This document shows positions 16,111 to 23,966 of a stretch of DNA of 36,529 nt, one piece after another. The notes below the pieces were generated by a model. It ran no database searches. It saw only the letters and a list, made by a program, of their open reading frames with translations, and was not told where the DNA came from. Both the position numbers and the translations under genes were made by a program. Numbering within the stretch: position 1 is the first letter of the stretch; each line of letters opens with the position of its first letter. Origin of the DNA: Coprobacillus sp. (lineage in GTDB: Bacteria; Bacillota_I; Bacilli_A; RFN20; CAG-826); the NCBI GenBank assembly GCA_021203815.1, contig JAJQAL010000023.1:3878-40406 (forward strand). Direction: 5' to 3'.

Positions 16111-17498
16111 GTTTTGGCGCTTTAGTTGCTTTATATACTGTTATTATCGTGGTCCTTATCCTCCTCTCCTTTTACTTTTCTGTCGCTGATATGGCGTATG
16201 GCTCTGTTACCCTTTCAAGGATGGAAAGAATCGCTGATAAAGGCGATAAGAAAGATAAGACCGCTGCGAAACTTAAAAGGCACTACGATACGACTATCTC
16301 CACCATTCTCTTCTATAACGATGTGTGTAATGCCGGTATTGATATCTTTGCCACCTTCCTCGGTGTTCTTATTGCCACGCAGTACGATTGGAGTATGAGC
16401 GCTGCTAATGCTGGTCTCATCTTCTCCCTTATCGCTCTTATCTTTAAAGTGGCCTTTGGAGATATCATCGCTAAGTCGATTGGTAAGGTTTATAACTACC
16501 GCTTAGTTAGATTCTACGCTCGCGTAATAAATGTTTTATATTATATTTCGATTCCAGTTACTTATCTTGTCGGTGGTTTTGGCTCTCTTGTGACCTATCC
16601 AATCACTCATAACGTGAAAGAAAATGTCACTAATGATGAGGACCTACAGGAGATGGTGGATGAAATTGAAGAGGAAGGAACAGTCGACGAAGAAAAAGCG
16701 GATATGCTAAGAGGGGCAATTGACTATGCGACCACTGAGCTATATGAAATAATGACTCCAAGAGCAAAGATCTTTGCCGTCGATAAAGCTAAACCAGTTA
16801 GTAAAATTCTATCCGACGAGAAAGCTTTTACCCACTCCCGTATTCCTGTTTATGAAGAGAGTATTGATAACATCATCGGTTATGTAAGAATGAGAGATCT
16901 CATCGCCCTAAAGATTCAAAAGAAAGAAGATATTACCCCAATTATAGAAAACATTCCAATCTTCCCTAGAACTGAAGAGATTAATGATATCCTTGCCTAT
17001 TTTAATCAGCATCATTCCCATATCGGTGTGGTCCTTGATGAATACGGCGGTACTGAAGGTATCGTTACTAAAGAGGATATCGTTGAGGAAATCGTTGGAG
17101 ATATTTGGGACGAAACCGATGACCCTGATGAATTAATCGACGAGAAAACAGACGGCACCTTTATCGTGGACGGGTCGATGAACCTCGAAGACTTCTGTGA
17201 GGAGTTTGATATCGACTATGACGAGATTGATACGGAGTATGTCACTATTGGTGGTTTCATGATTGAGCTCCTCGATGATAGATTCGCAAATGTTTGGGAT
17301 GTCGCTTGGCTCGATGGAGTAAAGCTTCAGGTTATTGCGGTGGATAAAAATAGAACCGTTAAAAAGCTACAAGTCACCCCTAAGCCAGAAGAGGAAGAAG
17401 ACGATATTCCTATCTTAGCGGTTATGGGTAGACCAAGCGAAAAAACAAGTCAAAAAAATGAGTCCAAAAAGGATTCAAAAACAAAAAAATCTAAGTAA
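16107..17498 (+). CDS. hemolysin/CNNM family protein: DUF21-CBS-CorC_HlyC
   Basis: 4-nt overlap with the upstream gene; 'EIMTPR', 'HSRIPVY', 'VLDEYGGTEGIVTKEDIVEEIVGDIWDETD', C-terminal 'VDGSMNLED...TIGGF'. Confidence 0.92.
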   Translation: MSFGALVALYTVIIVVLILLSFYFSVADMAYGSVTLSRMERIADKGDKKDKTAAKLKRHYDTTISTILFYNDVCNAGIDIFATFLGVLIATQYDWSMSAANAGLIFSLIALIFKVAFGDIIAKSIGKVYNYRLVRFYARVINVLYYISIPVTYLVGGFGSLVTYPITHNVKENVTNDEDLQEMVDEIEEEGTVDEEKADMLRGAIDYATTELYEIMTPRAKIFAVDKAKPVSKILSDEKAFTHSRIPVYEESIDNIIGYVRMRDLIALKIQKKEDITPIIENIPIFPRTEEINDILAYFNQHHSHIGVVLDEYGGTEGIVTKEDIVEEIVGDIWDETDDPDELIDEKTDGTFIVDGSMNLEDFCEEFDIDYDEIDTEYVTIGGFMIELLDDRFANVWDVAWLDGVKLQVIAVDKNRTVKKLQVTPKPEEEEDDIPILAVMGRPSEKTSQKNESKKDSKTKKSK

Positions 17499-17514
17499 AT
17501 CTTAAGTATTTAAC

Positions 17515-18609
17515 TTATTTTGTCATAACTCCAATAAGGAGTTTTTTTATCTCTTCATCGCTAAGCATCTCATCGATATCTCGATATGAAGAAATCTCTT
17601 TATCTAAAAGATACGTGTATAAGTTATTGATTAAAATATCGGTGAAATTCTCGTGCTTAGAGTAGTCCACATCGAGTTTATTTATTTGCTCAAATAGAAG
17701 GGTGATGAGGCAGCGCCTAGCTAGGGCAATCATAGAAGGCTCAAGCCAGTAGTGAAACACCACGTTTTTACATTTTTCTTCAATTGGAAGAAGCCTTAGA
17801 TACATCGGAAGACCTTCGTTCGCGTCATGCCATAGATCGACATAAACATAATTATATTTTTTAGAAATCGCTTCTTCTTTTAAATAAACAAAAGCGTCTT
17901 GGTAGAGTATTTTAATTTTTGACTTTGTTTTTAGTAGTGGATATATATTCTCATTAAAGATAGAAATGATATCTTTGTTATTCTCAAGAATAACAACGCT
18001 TTTAACTTCATCTTTAAGAGAGAGCATATAAGCGAGATAGCCTAGGCCTAGTCCGCAGATAAGGACATTACCATTTGCTTCCTCTATCATCGCCTTCATA
18101 GTTTCGATTTCATTTGGATTGATACTCATCCAAATAACATCTTTATCGATGAGAGCGAGATACCTATATTCTTTATCAAAGTAGCCAATCTGAGAAAGCT
18201 CTTCATAGTAGTGATCCTTATTCACTTTTATCTCATCAAGCGGGAAGGGTTCATAGGGTTCATAGTGAAGATATTTTAATTCTAGATTTCCCTTTTTTAC
18301 TTCCGGAATTGCAAGCTTATTATATGGATTGCCCTCATATTCACTGACATTTTTCTTATGAAGCTGCTCATGGAAGTAATGCTCCGCAAGGCTATTATTT
18401 TCTTCGTCTTCGAGATCGATTTGATAGTAGTCCATCATCGTTTCATAGACATAGTCACTTTCATTTTCATCCTCAATTCCATCGAAATCGATATAAAAGC
18501 CGTCCGCATACATCTCGTTAAGCATATCTGCGACGGATAAATTAACTTCTTTAGTGTCGACGAGTTTATTAAATTCTTCTATGTCTTTTTTACTAAGTGT
18601 AATTTTCAT
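17515..18609 (-). CDS. class I SAM-dependent methyltransferase / spermidine-synthase-like protein, substrate unknown
   Basis: 'WMS..P.E', motif I 'VLICGLGLGY', acidic end of beta2 'VVILE', 'QDAF', 'YVYVDLW'. Confidence 0.75.
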   Translation of the reverse strand: MKITLSKKDIEEFNKLVDTKEVNLSVADMLNEMYADGFYIDFDGIEDENESDYVYETMMDYYQIDLEDEENNSLAEHYFHEQLHKKNVSEYEGNPYNKLAIPEVKKGNLELKYLHYEPYEPFPLDEIKVNKDHYYEELSQIGYFDKEYRYLALIDKDVIWMSINPNEIETMKAMIEEANGNVLICGLGLGYLAYMLSLKDEVKSVVILENNKDIISIFNENIYPLLKTKSKIKILYQDAFVYLKEEAISKKYNYVYVDLWHDANEGLPMYLRLLPIEEKCKNVVFHYWLEPSMIALARRCLITLLFEQINKLDVDYSKHENFTDILINNLYTYLLDKEISSYRDIDEMLSDEEIKKLLIGVMTK

Positions 18610-18615
18610 ACGATT

Positions 18616-18621
18616 ATTATA
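18616..18621 (-). promoter_or_regulatory. -10 TATAAT 6 nt upstream of ATG 18609 (leaderless)
   Basis: Minus strand reads TATAAT-aatcgt-ATG. Confidence 0.6.
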
Positions 18622-18716
18622 TTAAATAAATGCCCTTTTGATAACAAAAACGCACATGCTACTAATCAATAGAGTTCAATTAAAGAAAAATAATTTTATT
18701 TCAAATTATTTTTAGC

Positions 18717-18722
18717 TATAAT
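18717..18722 (+). promoter_or_regulatory. -10 TATAAT 8 nt upstream of ATG 18731
   Basis: TATAAT-cactagtt-ATG. Confidence 0.6.
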
Positions 18723-18730
18723 CACTAGTT

Positions 18731-19801
18731 ATGGATTTAGTAAAAGCTTATTGTCCACAGTGCCATAAAAATCATTCAAAGAGTGATCCTATTTTAGTTA
18801 ACCCCGATGATAAAAATGCGGTTTGTCCAGACTGCCTAGCTGAGTTTAAGACTAAACAAGGGATTAAACTTTTTGAAAATCATATCGCTCTTCTTCTTCA
18901 CGATGCCTATTACACCTTAGAGCAGATTAATGATTACAACATGGCCTACCATAAATTTGCGGACATCATTGAAATTGATCCCTCCTGCTGCGCCGCTCGT
19001 GAAGGGAGAATTATCTCTTTAATTTATCTTTCCACTTTTAAATACTGCCAGATTGAAAACGCGAAGATTCTCTTTGAAAAAGATTTAGGAGAGTATTTAA
19101 GATACCGCCCTAAAAAGCTCCTTCCTTTCATGAAAAGAGTGAATGAGACACTTAATGTTTATCAGTCGAATCTTTATAATAAACTCTCTAATCAGGGACT
19201 ATTTTACACTCTGGATGGACTAAGAATTTATTATAGTCACTGCTATGAAATCCTTTCCGTGAAGATCCTTCTTCTTGACCTCTTAGAAAGATTAAGTGCG
19301 AGAGCCAAAGACCCCACTCATATTAATGAACTTATCGAGAGAATCTCAAAAGAGTATGAGGACCTTAGTAACTTCCTTAATAGGACAGAGTTTTACTCCC
19401 CCGCGGGAGATATCTATAACGTCATCTCCTATAACCCTGAAAATGGTGAGGTTTTAATTACGAGATCCGTCCCCGCTTTCGATACCTCCAAAGTGGTCAA
19501 AAGATATGGAACGACCTCCTACTTTAATAAAAAGGAAAAGCGTAAGAAAAAAGCGGTCCTCTTTCACTCGAGATCCGCTTTATATACCTTTATGAATTCT
19601 CTTATCTCGCTTGGTTGGCTCTGCTTTGTTCTTGCCTTTTTATCGATAATTAATACATTCCTCGTTATCTTCTTTACGGATATTAGTTATCTCCCCTTTA
19701 TCTTCGGACCACTTGCGATACTCCTAATTATCTTAGGACTGGTGTGTCTATTCGTTCACCGTAATAAGTTCCATCAATACTTTAAAGACGATGAAGAGTA
19801 G
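18731..19801 (+). CDS. hypothetical membrane protein: N-terminal Zn ribbon, helical/TPR-like middle, two C-terminal TM helices
   Basis: CPQC...CPDC; 'AYHKFADIIEIDP' TPR-like segment; basic stretch followed by two hydrophobic segments. Confidence 0.75.
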   Translation: MDLVKAYCPQCHKNHSKSDPILVNPDDKNAVCPDCLAEFKTKQGIKLFENHIALLLHDAYYTLEQINDYNMAYHKFADIIEIDPSCCAAREGRIISLIYLSTFKYCQIENAKILFEKDLGEYLRYRPKKLLPFMKRVNETLNVYQSNLYNKLSNQGLFYTLDGLRIYYSHCYEILSVKILLLDLLERLSARAKDPTHINELIERISKEYEDLSNFLNRTEFYSPAGDIYNVISYNPENGEVLITRSVPAFDTSKVVKRYGTTSYFNKKEKRKKKAVLFHSRSALYTFMNSLISLGWLCFVLAFLSIINTFLVIFFTDISYLPFIFGPLAILLIILGLVCLFVHRNKFHQYFKDDEE

Positions 19802-20407
19802 CTACTTACTAATTAGTCCATTTATTCTTAGATATGTTAAGACCTTCGTTAGGGCTCTAGCTCGATGGGAGATCTTATTTTTTTCTTCTTCGCTTAGCTC
19901 GGAAAAAGTCATCCCTTTTTCTTTTACTAAAAAGATTGGGTCATAGCCAAATCCGTTTTCTCCATTATGGATTTCACCCGCTATTTCCCCTTCTATTTCC
20001 CCAGTAAAATAGAGCGGTTTATCCTCAACATTATATAGACACATCGTACATATAAATTTGGCTTTTCTATTCTTACTTCCCTCTAAATCGGAAAGAATCT
20101 GTTCCATCGCTTTAATATTTGAGCCGCATTCTTTCATATAGCGGGAGGAGTGGACCCCTGGTCTATTATCTAACGCCTCTATTTCTAGTCCCGAGTCATC
20201 CGCTAAAATTGGATAAGAGGTATATTTACTTACTTCTTTCGCTTTTATCGCCGCGTTTTCTAAGTAGGACCCATCTCCCTCTATAAAGTCGATATCTAAA
20301 TTAAGGTCACTTAGTCCATAAACAATGATTCCGTGCGGAGCGAGTACGTCTCTCACTTCTTTGACTTTTCCTTTATTATTAGTGGCAAGAATTATTTCGT
20401 AGTTCAT
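19802..20407 (-). CDS. rdgB: non-canonical purine NTP pyrophosphatase (RdgB/HAM1)
   Basis: ATNNKGK, ENA..KA, ADDSGL, PGVHS.R, GFGYDPIF, EKN.ISHR. Confidence 0.97.
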   Translation of the reverse strand: MNYEIILATNNKGKVKEVRDVLAPHGIIVYGLSDLNLDIDFIEGDGSYLENAAIKAKEVSKYTSYPILADDSGLEIEALDNRPGVHSSRYMKECGSNIKAMEQILSDLEGSKNRKAKFICTMCLYNVEDKPLYFTGEIEGEIAGEIHNGENGFGYDPIFLVKEKGMTFSELSEEEKNKISHRARALTKVLTYLRINGLISK

Positions 20408-20415
20408 ATCTATAT

Positions 20416-20421
20416 ATTATA
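20416..20421 (-). promoter_or_regulatory. -10 TATAAT 8 nt upstream of rdgB ATG
   Basis: Minus strand reads TATAAT-atatagat-ATG. Confidence 0.55.
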
Positions 20422-20433
20422 TTTTCATAAAAT

Positions 20434-20456
20434 AAAAAACACCGACAAAGTGTTTT
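20434..20456 (-). terminator. probable terminator after tRNA-Gly
   Basis: Minus strand reads AAAACAC-TTTGTCG-GTGTTTTTT. Confidence 0.6.
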
Positions 20457-20461
20457 ACTCC

Positions 20462-20535
20462 TGGAGCAGGTGACGGGAATCGAACCCGCGTAATCAGCTT
20501 GGAGGGCTGATGTTCTGCCACTGAACTACACCTGC
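20462..20535 (-). tRNA. tRNA-Gly(TCC), with C at position 33
   Basis: Reverse complement: GCAGGTG-TA-GTTC-AGTGGCA-GAAC-A-TCAGC-CCTCCAA-GCTGA-TTAC-GCGGG-TTCGATT-CCCGT-CACCTGC-T-CCA. Gly identity elements G1:C72, C2:G71 and U73 present. Confidence 0.93.
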
Positions 20536-20547
20536 ATCAGTGAATAT

Positions 20548-20577
20548 ATTATAAAAGCACTGCCTTTAAAAAGGCAA
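20548..20577 (-). promoter_or_regulatory. promoter TTGCCT-18 nt-TATAAT for tRNA-Gly, overlapping a TGCCTT-TAAA-AAGGCA hairpin
   Basis: Hexamers on the minus strand; the hairpin at 20561-20576 may also terminate trxA. Confidence 0.55.
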
Positions 20578-20593
20578 TAACGATATTTATAAA

Positions 20594-20911
20594 TTATTTA
20601 TTTATAAACTCGATTACTTCATCGTGAGGGATATAGCCTAAAGATGACTTAGATAGCACCCCATTTTTAAAGAGGAGGAGAGTGGGGATAGAACGGACTC
20701 CAAATCTTCTATTTAAAGATTGATTTCCCTCTAAATCGGTATCGATTTTAATGATAATGGCGCTAGTTTCACCTGCCGTATCGATATCCTCTAAAACAGG
20801 AGATAGCATCTTACAGGGTCCGCACCAATTAGCGAAGAAATCCACTAAAACAAGAGGGTTCTGCGCTATTATTTCGTCAAACTGTGCTTCATTTTCAATG
20901 TGAATAATCAT
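20594..20911 (-). CDS. trxA: thioredoxin
   Basis: VDFFANWCGPCK, VRSIPTLLLFKNG; SD AGGAGG. Confidence 0.96.
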   Translation of the reverse strand: MIIHIENEAQFDEIIAQNPLVLVDFFANWCGPCKMLSPVLEDIDTAGETSAIIIKIDTDLEGNQSLNRRFGVRSIPTLLLFKNGVLSKSSLGYIPHDEVIEFINK

Positions 20912-20923
20912 CTTAATTACCTC

Positions 20924-21865
20924 CTAAATAACTAGCCAGAATATTATATAAAGTAAGATTAAATGAAATGGGTAATAAGCATAGGCTCCATAGTCAAACC
21001 ACTTCTTACTATATCCTCTATCTCCCGAGCAGAATAGAAGGAGTAAACCCGCGATCATCGCGTAGGTCTGGAAGGCGCCATTTAGATAGTCGTATGTCGG
21101 CATAATAAAGGCGATGAGCCAAAGTATCAGGCAGACGATAAGGAAGAATACCACTCCATAAATATTTCTTAAATATTTATATTTATCAGTTAGTTCTGGA
21201 TGTTCTTCCACCACAGGGACATCATTACCCTCATCATCATAGGCAATATCCACAATTGGATTATTCTTAAAGTAGATTTGTACGGACTTATAGCCGAGAT
21301 AGAAGGCCGCAATAATCGCGATGGAATACCATCCATACTGGGTTCTTAAGTAGTAGGGATACCAGTTAATGGAATCGATTTCAGGATTACCATATTCAAT
21401 AGCAAAGCAGACATATGAAAGAATGCCAATGGCGATTGGAATAAGGGCTAAAAGCCGCAAAGCGGGACTCTTTTTCTGTTCAAATGACCAAACGAGGAGC
21501 ACTCCTAAGATGAGATCAATAAAGATATTTCCCTCGATAATTCTATAGTCTTTAAGTGCGTATTCGGTAATGATTTGGAAGATTAAAACGATCACTCCGA
21601 CAATCGCAAGTCTTCCAATATATTTTCCTGTATGATGGGTATGAAGAGCCCCCTGAACAATGAGGTAGCAAAATAGAGGAAGTGCGAGTCTCCCAATCGC
21701 TCTTAAAACAGTGACTAATGTATTAAGCCCTCCTCCCATATCGGGGATAAATAGCTGCATAAAATAACCGATATGATCAACAGTCATACAAACAATCGCC
21801 ACAATTTTAATGACGAAATCTGAGACTTTTGAATTATTTCTTATGGCTTCTAAAAAACCATTCAT
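20924..21865 (-). CDS. TraX-family membrane protein (putative acyltransferase)
   Basis: 'KIVAIVCMTVDHIG', 'IGRLALPLFCYLIVQG..HT.H..KY..RL', 'NIF..L', C-terminal 'Y.YYP.HL..L' typical of the TraX family; multi-TM. Confidence 0.85.
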   Translation of the reverse strand: MNGFLEAIRNNSKVSDFVIKIVAIVCMTVDHIGYFMQLFIPDMGGGLNTLVTVLRAIGRLALPLFCYLIVQGALHTHHTGKYIGRLAIVGVIVLIFQIITEYALKDYRIIEGNIFIDLILGVLLVWSFEQKKSPALRLLALIPIAIGILSYVCFAIEYGNPEIDSINWYPYYLRTQYGWYSIAIIAAFYLGYKSVQIYFKNNPIVDIAYDDEGNDVPVVEEHPELTDKYKYLRNIYGVVFFLIVCLILWLIAFIMPTYDYLNGAFQTYAMIAGLLLLFCSGDRGYSKKWFDYGAYAYYPFHLILLYIIFWLVI

Positions 21866-22704
21866 ACGCCCATCATAACCTCCAAAATTATAAATAAGAC
21901 GGCAATTATATTGTTAAGAAAGTGAGCGAAGAAGCTCGCTCCAAAGCCCCTTCTTTCATAGACGAAGCAGAACACCCCCGCGGCAATAAGATATGAAGGT
22001 AAGTTTATCAGCTCATTTTCTAGCTCTTCATTCCATCCTCCACCGATTGTGGTGAAGTCGAAATGGATAAGCGCGAAGATAATAATCGTGAGTAGATATG
22101 CGCTCCATCTATTGATTCTTCTAAAAAACGAGAAGAGTCCAACCCTATAGGTCACTTCTTCCACTAACGGACCTATTATACCAAAGACAATAATCGAGGC
22201 AAAAGGATATAGTTCCGTTAGGGTATTGATACTGCTTTGGTTATTATTTCCCTCAGTGGTATAGAAGAAACTAATAATGAAGGAATAAACCCCGCTTGCT
22301 AAGATTAGCACTAAAAAGGCTAAAAATCCAAATAGATACGTCTCGCTTTTTGTAAATGTCTTCGCAAAACTTCCTCTTTCTTTAAAGACGAGAGCGAATA
22401 AAGCGGCGAGTACTAAAGCATACGCCGCTACATTTATCGTCATATTTCCTCTTGCGGTGTATAGCGTATCGCTATCCTCATACGCCATGAGGAGTATCAC
22501 TTCGACGATAAGCGCGAAAATCTGTAGTCCCGCAAAACCGATAAGAAAAGCAAATATCTCCTTAACGGGAGAGACCATCGTCATATTATTAAAGCCGTCA
22601 TAACGTTCTTTTGAGGTATTAGGGGCGTGACAGGATGGGCACTCATCCCCGACCTCATCATATTCCGTTCCACAGTTTGGGCACACGCGTTTAGAGAAAT
22701 GCAT
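21862..22704 (-). CDS. CPBP (Abi/type II CAAX) intramembrane glutamic endopeptidase with N-terminal Zn ribbon
   Basis: CPNC..CPSC at the N-terminus; 'GPLVEEVTYR' (EExxxR), 'FALIH' (FxxxH), 'HFLNN' (HxxxN). Confidence 0.92.
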   Translation of the reverse strand: MHFSKRVCPNCGTEYDEVGDECPSCHAPNTSKERYDGFNNMTMVSPVKEIFAFLIGFAGLQIFALIVEVILLMAYEDSDTLYTARGNMTINVAAYALVLAALFALVFKERGSFAKTFTKSETYLFGFLAFLVLILASGVYSFIISFFYTTEGNNNQSSINTLTELYPFASIIVFGIIGPLVEEVTYRVGLFSFFRRINRWSAYLLTIIIFALIHFDFTTIGGGWNEELENELINLPSYLIAAGVFCFVYERRGFGASFFAHFLNNIIAVLFIILEVMMGV

Positions 22705-22767
22705 ACATAGAATAATACACTTTTTTAACGTAAAGTGTTATCACTTTAATTTAAGCGAATACTTCGC

Positions 22768-22773
22768 TATAAT
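22768..22773 (+). promoter_or_regulatory. -10 TATAAT of yigZ-mrp-pepP-glpK operon
   Basis: Ends 11 nt upstream of ATG 22785. Confidence 0.55.
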
Positions 22774-22784
22774 TAAAGAGTTTT

Positions 22785-23162
22785 ATGAAAGAGGTCATCT
22801 CACAAACTACATATGAAGAGGATATCCTCTCCTCCCGCTTCATCGCTCTTGTCTACCCCCTTAGGGACGCTAGTGAAGTCAAAGATATTATCACTAATGT
22901 CAAAAAGGAGTATAAAAAAGCCACTCATTACGTCTATGCCTATCGGCTAGGGGAAACGAGTAAAAGTAATGATGACGGAGAGCCAAGCGGCACTGCGGGT
23001 CGACCAATCCTCGAGCTCCTTCATAAAAAAGAAATTAATAACACCCTCATTATTGTGGTGCGTTACTACGGAGGGTCTAAGCTTGGCGCGGGACGCCTAC
23101 TTAGAACCTATGTAAGTACCGCTAATGAGGCCCTAAATAAAGCGGAGTATAAGGAGATATAA
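22785..23162 (+). CDS. yigZ: YigZ/IMPACT family protein (N-terminal UPF0029 domain only)
   Basis: SRF, ATH, DDGEPSGTAG.P, VVRYYGG.KLGAG.L.R.Y. Confidence 0.9.
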   Translation: MKEVISQTTYEEDILSSRFIALVYPLRDASEVKDIITNVKKEYKKATHYVYAYRLGETSKSNDDGEPSGTAGRPILELLHKKEINNTLIIVVRYYGGSKLGAGRLLRTYVSTANEALNKAEYKEI

Positions 23163-23164
23163 TT

Positions 23165-23962
23165 ATGCCAGACTGCGATTATAACTGTGAAGCATGTGAT
23201 GTCGAAAACTGCGATTCACGTATCGAAAAAGCCAGAGCTAATGACCACACTCACATTAAGAAAATAGTGGCTATTTTATCTGGTAAAGGAGGAGTGGGTA
23301 AATCTTATGTCACTTCTCTTCTTGCGGTCTCACTTGCTAGAGATGGCTATAAAGTGGGTATTATGGACGCTGATGTCACTGGTCCTTCTATCCCTAAAGC
23401 CTTTGGCCTAAGTGGAATGCTTATGAGTGATGGGCAGTATCTATACCCAGTAGAGACTAGCCTTGGTATCAGAGTGGTCTCCTCTAATCTCCTCATGGAA
23501 AAAGATGATGAACCGATTATCTGGAGAGGTCCTCTTCTCGCCTCCCTAGTGAGACAGTTTTATGAAGATGTCGCCTGGGGAGATCTTGATTATCTTCTTA
23601 TCGATATGCCTCCAGGAACGGGAGATATCGCGCTCTCAATCTTCCAGCTTCTTCCAATTGATGAGCTTTATATCGTGACGTCCCCTCAAGATTTAGTCTC
23701 TCTTATCGTCACAAAAGCCATTAAGATGGCGGAGCAAATGCATATAAAGGTCAGCGGTGTAATTGAGAATATGTCGTATATACTCTGTCCTGACTGCGGG
23801 TCTAAAATAGAGCTATATGGCTCTCCATCATCTTTAGATGATGTTATAACCCATATCCCCCTTAACCCCGCAAATACGCTTCTTATGGATTCAGGGCTAA
23901 TTGAAACCGCTATAGAGGAAGCGATAAATCCAGTTACAAGTAAAATAAAGGAAGGAAAATAA
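23165..23962 (+). CDS. mrp: Mrp/NBP35 (ApbC) Fe-S carrier ATPase
   Basis: SGKGGVGKS, DADVTGPSIP, WRGP, WGDLDYLLIDMPPGTGD, ENMS...CPDC; Cys-rich N-terminus. Confidence 0.95.
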   Translation: MPDCDYNCEACDVENCDSRIEKARANDHTHIKKIVAILSGKGGVGKSYVTSLLAVSLARDGYKVGIMDADVTGPSIPKAFGLSGMLMSDGQYLYPVETSLGIRVVSSNLLMEKDDEPIIWRGPLLASLVRQFYEDVAWGDLDYLLIDMPPGTGDIALSIFQLLPIDELYIVTSPQDLVSLIVTKAIKMAEQMHIKVSGVIENMSYILCPDCGSKIELYGSPSSLDDVITHIPLNPANTLLMDSGLIETAIEEAINPVTSKIKEGK

Positions 23963-23966
23963 AACT

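Noticed and set aside
14980-17498. Frameshifted or split single hemolysin pseudogene
   Set aside because: Each ORF has its own complete DUF21 and CBS pair, so they are paralogs rather than fragments.
7431-20535. Genomic island or prophage integrated at one of the four tRNA genes
   Set aside because: No integrase, transposase or phage genes, no noticed duplication of these tRNA 3' ends, and flanks are housekeeping genes.
20924-21865. TraX as evidence of a conjugative element
   Set aside because: No other conjugation genes in the window; the gene is embedded in a chromosomal operon.
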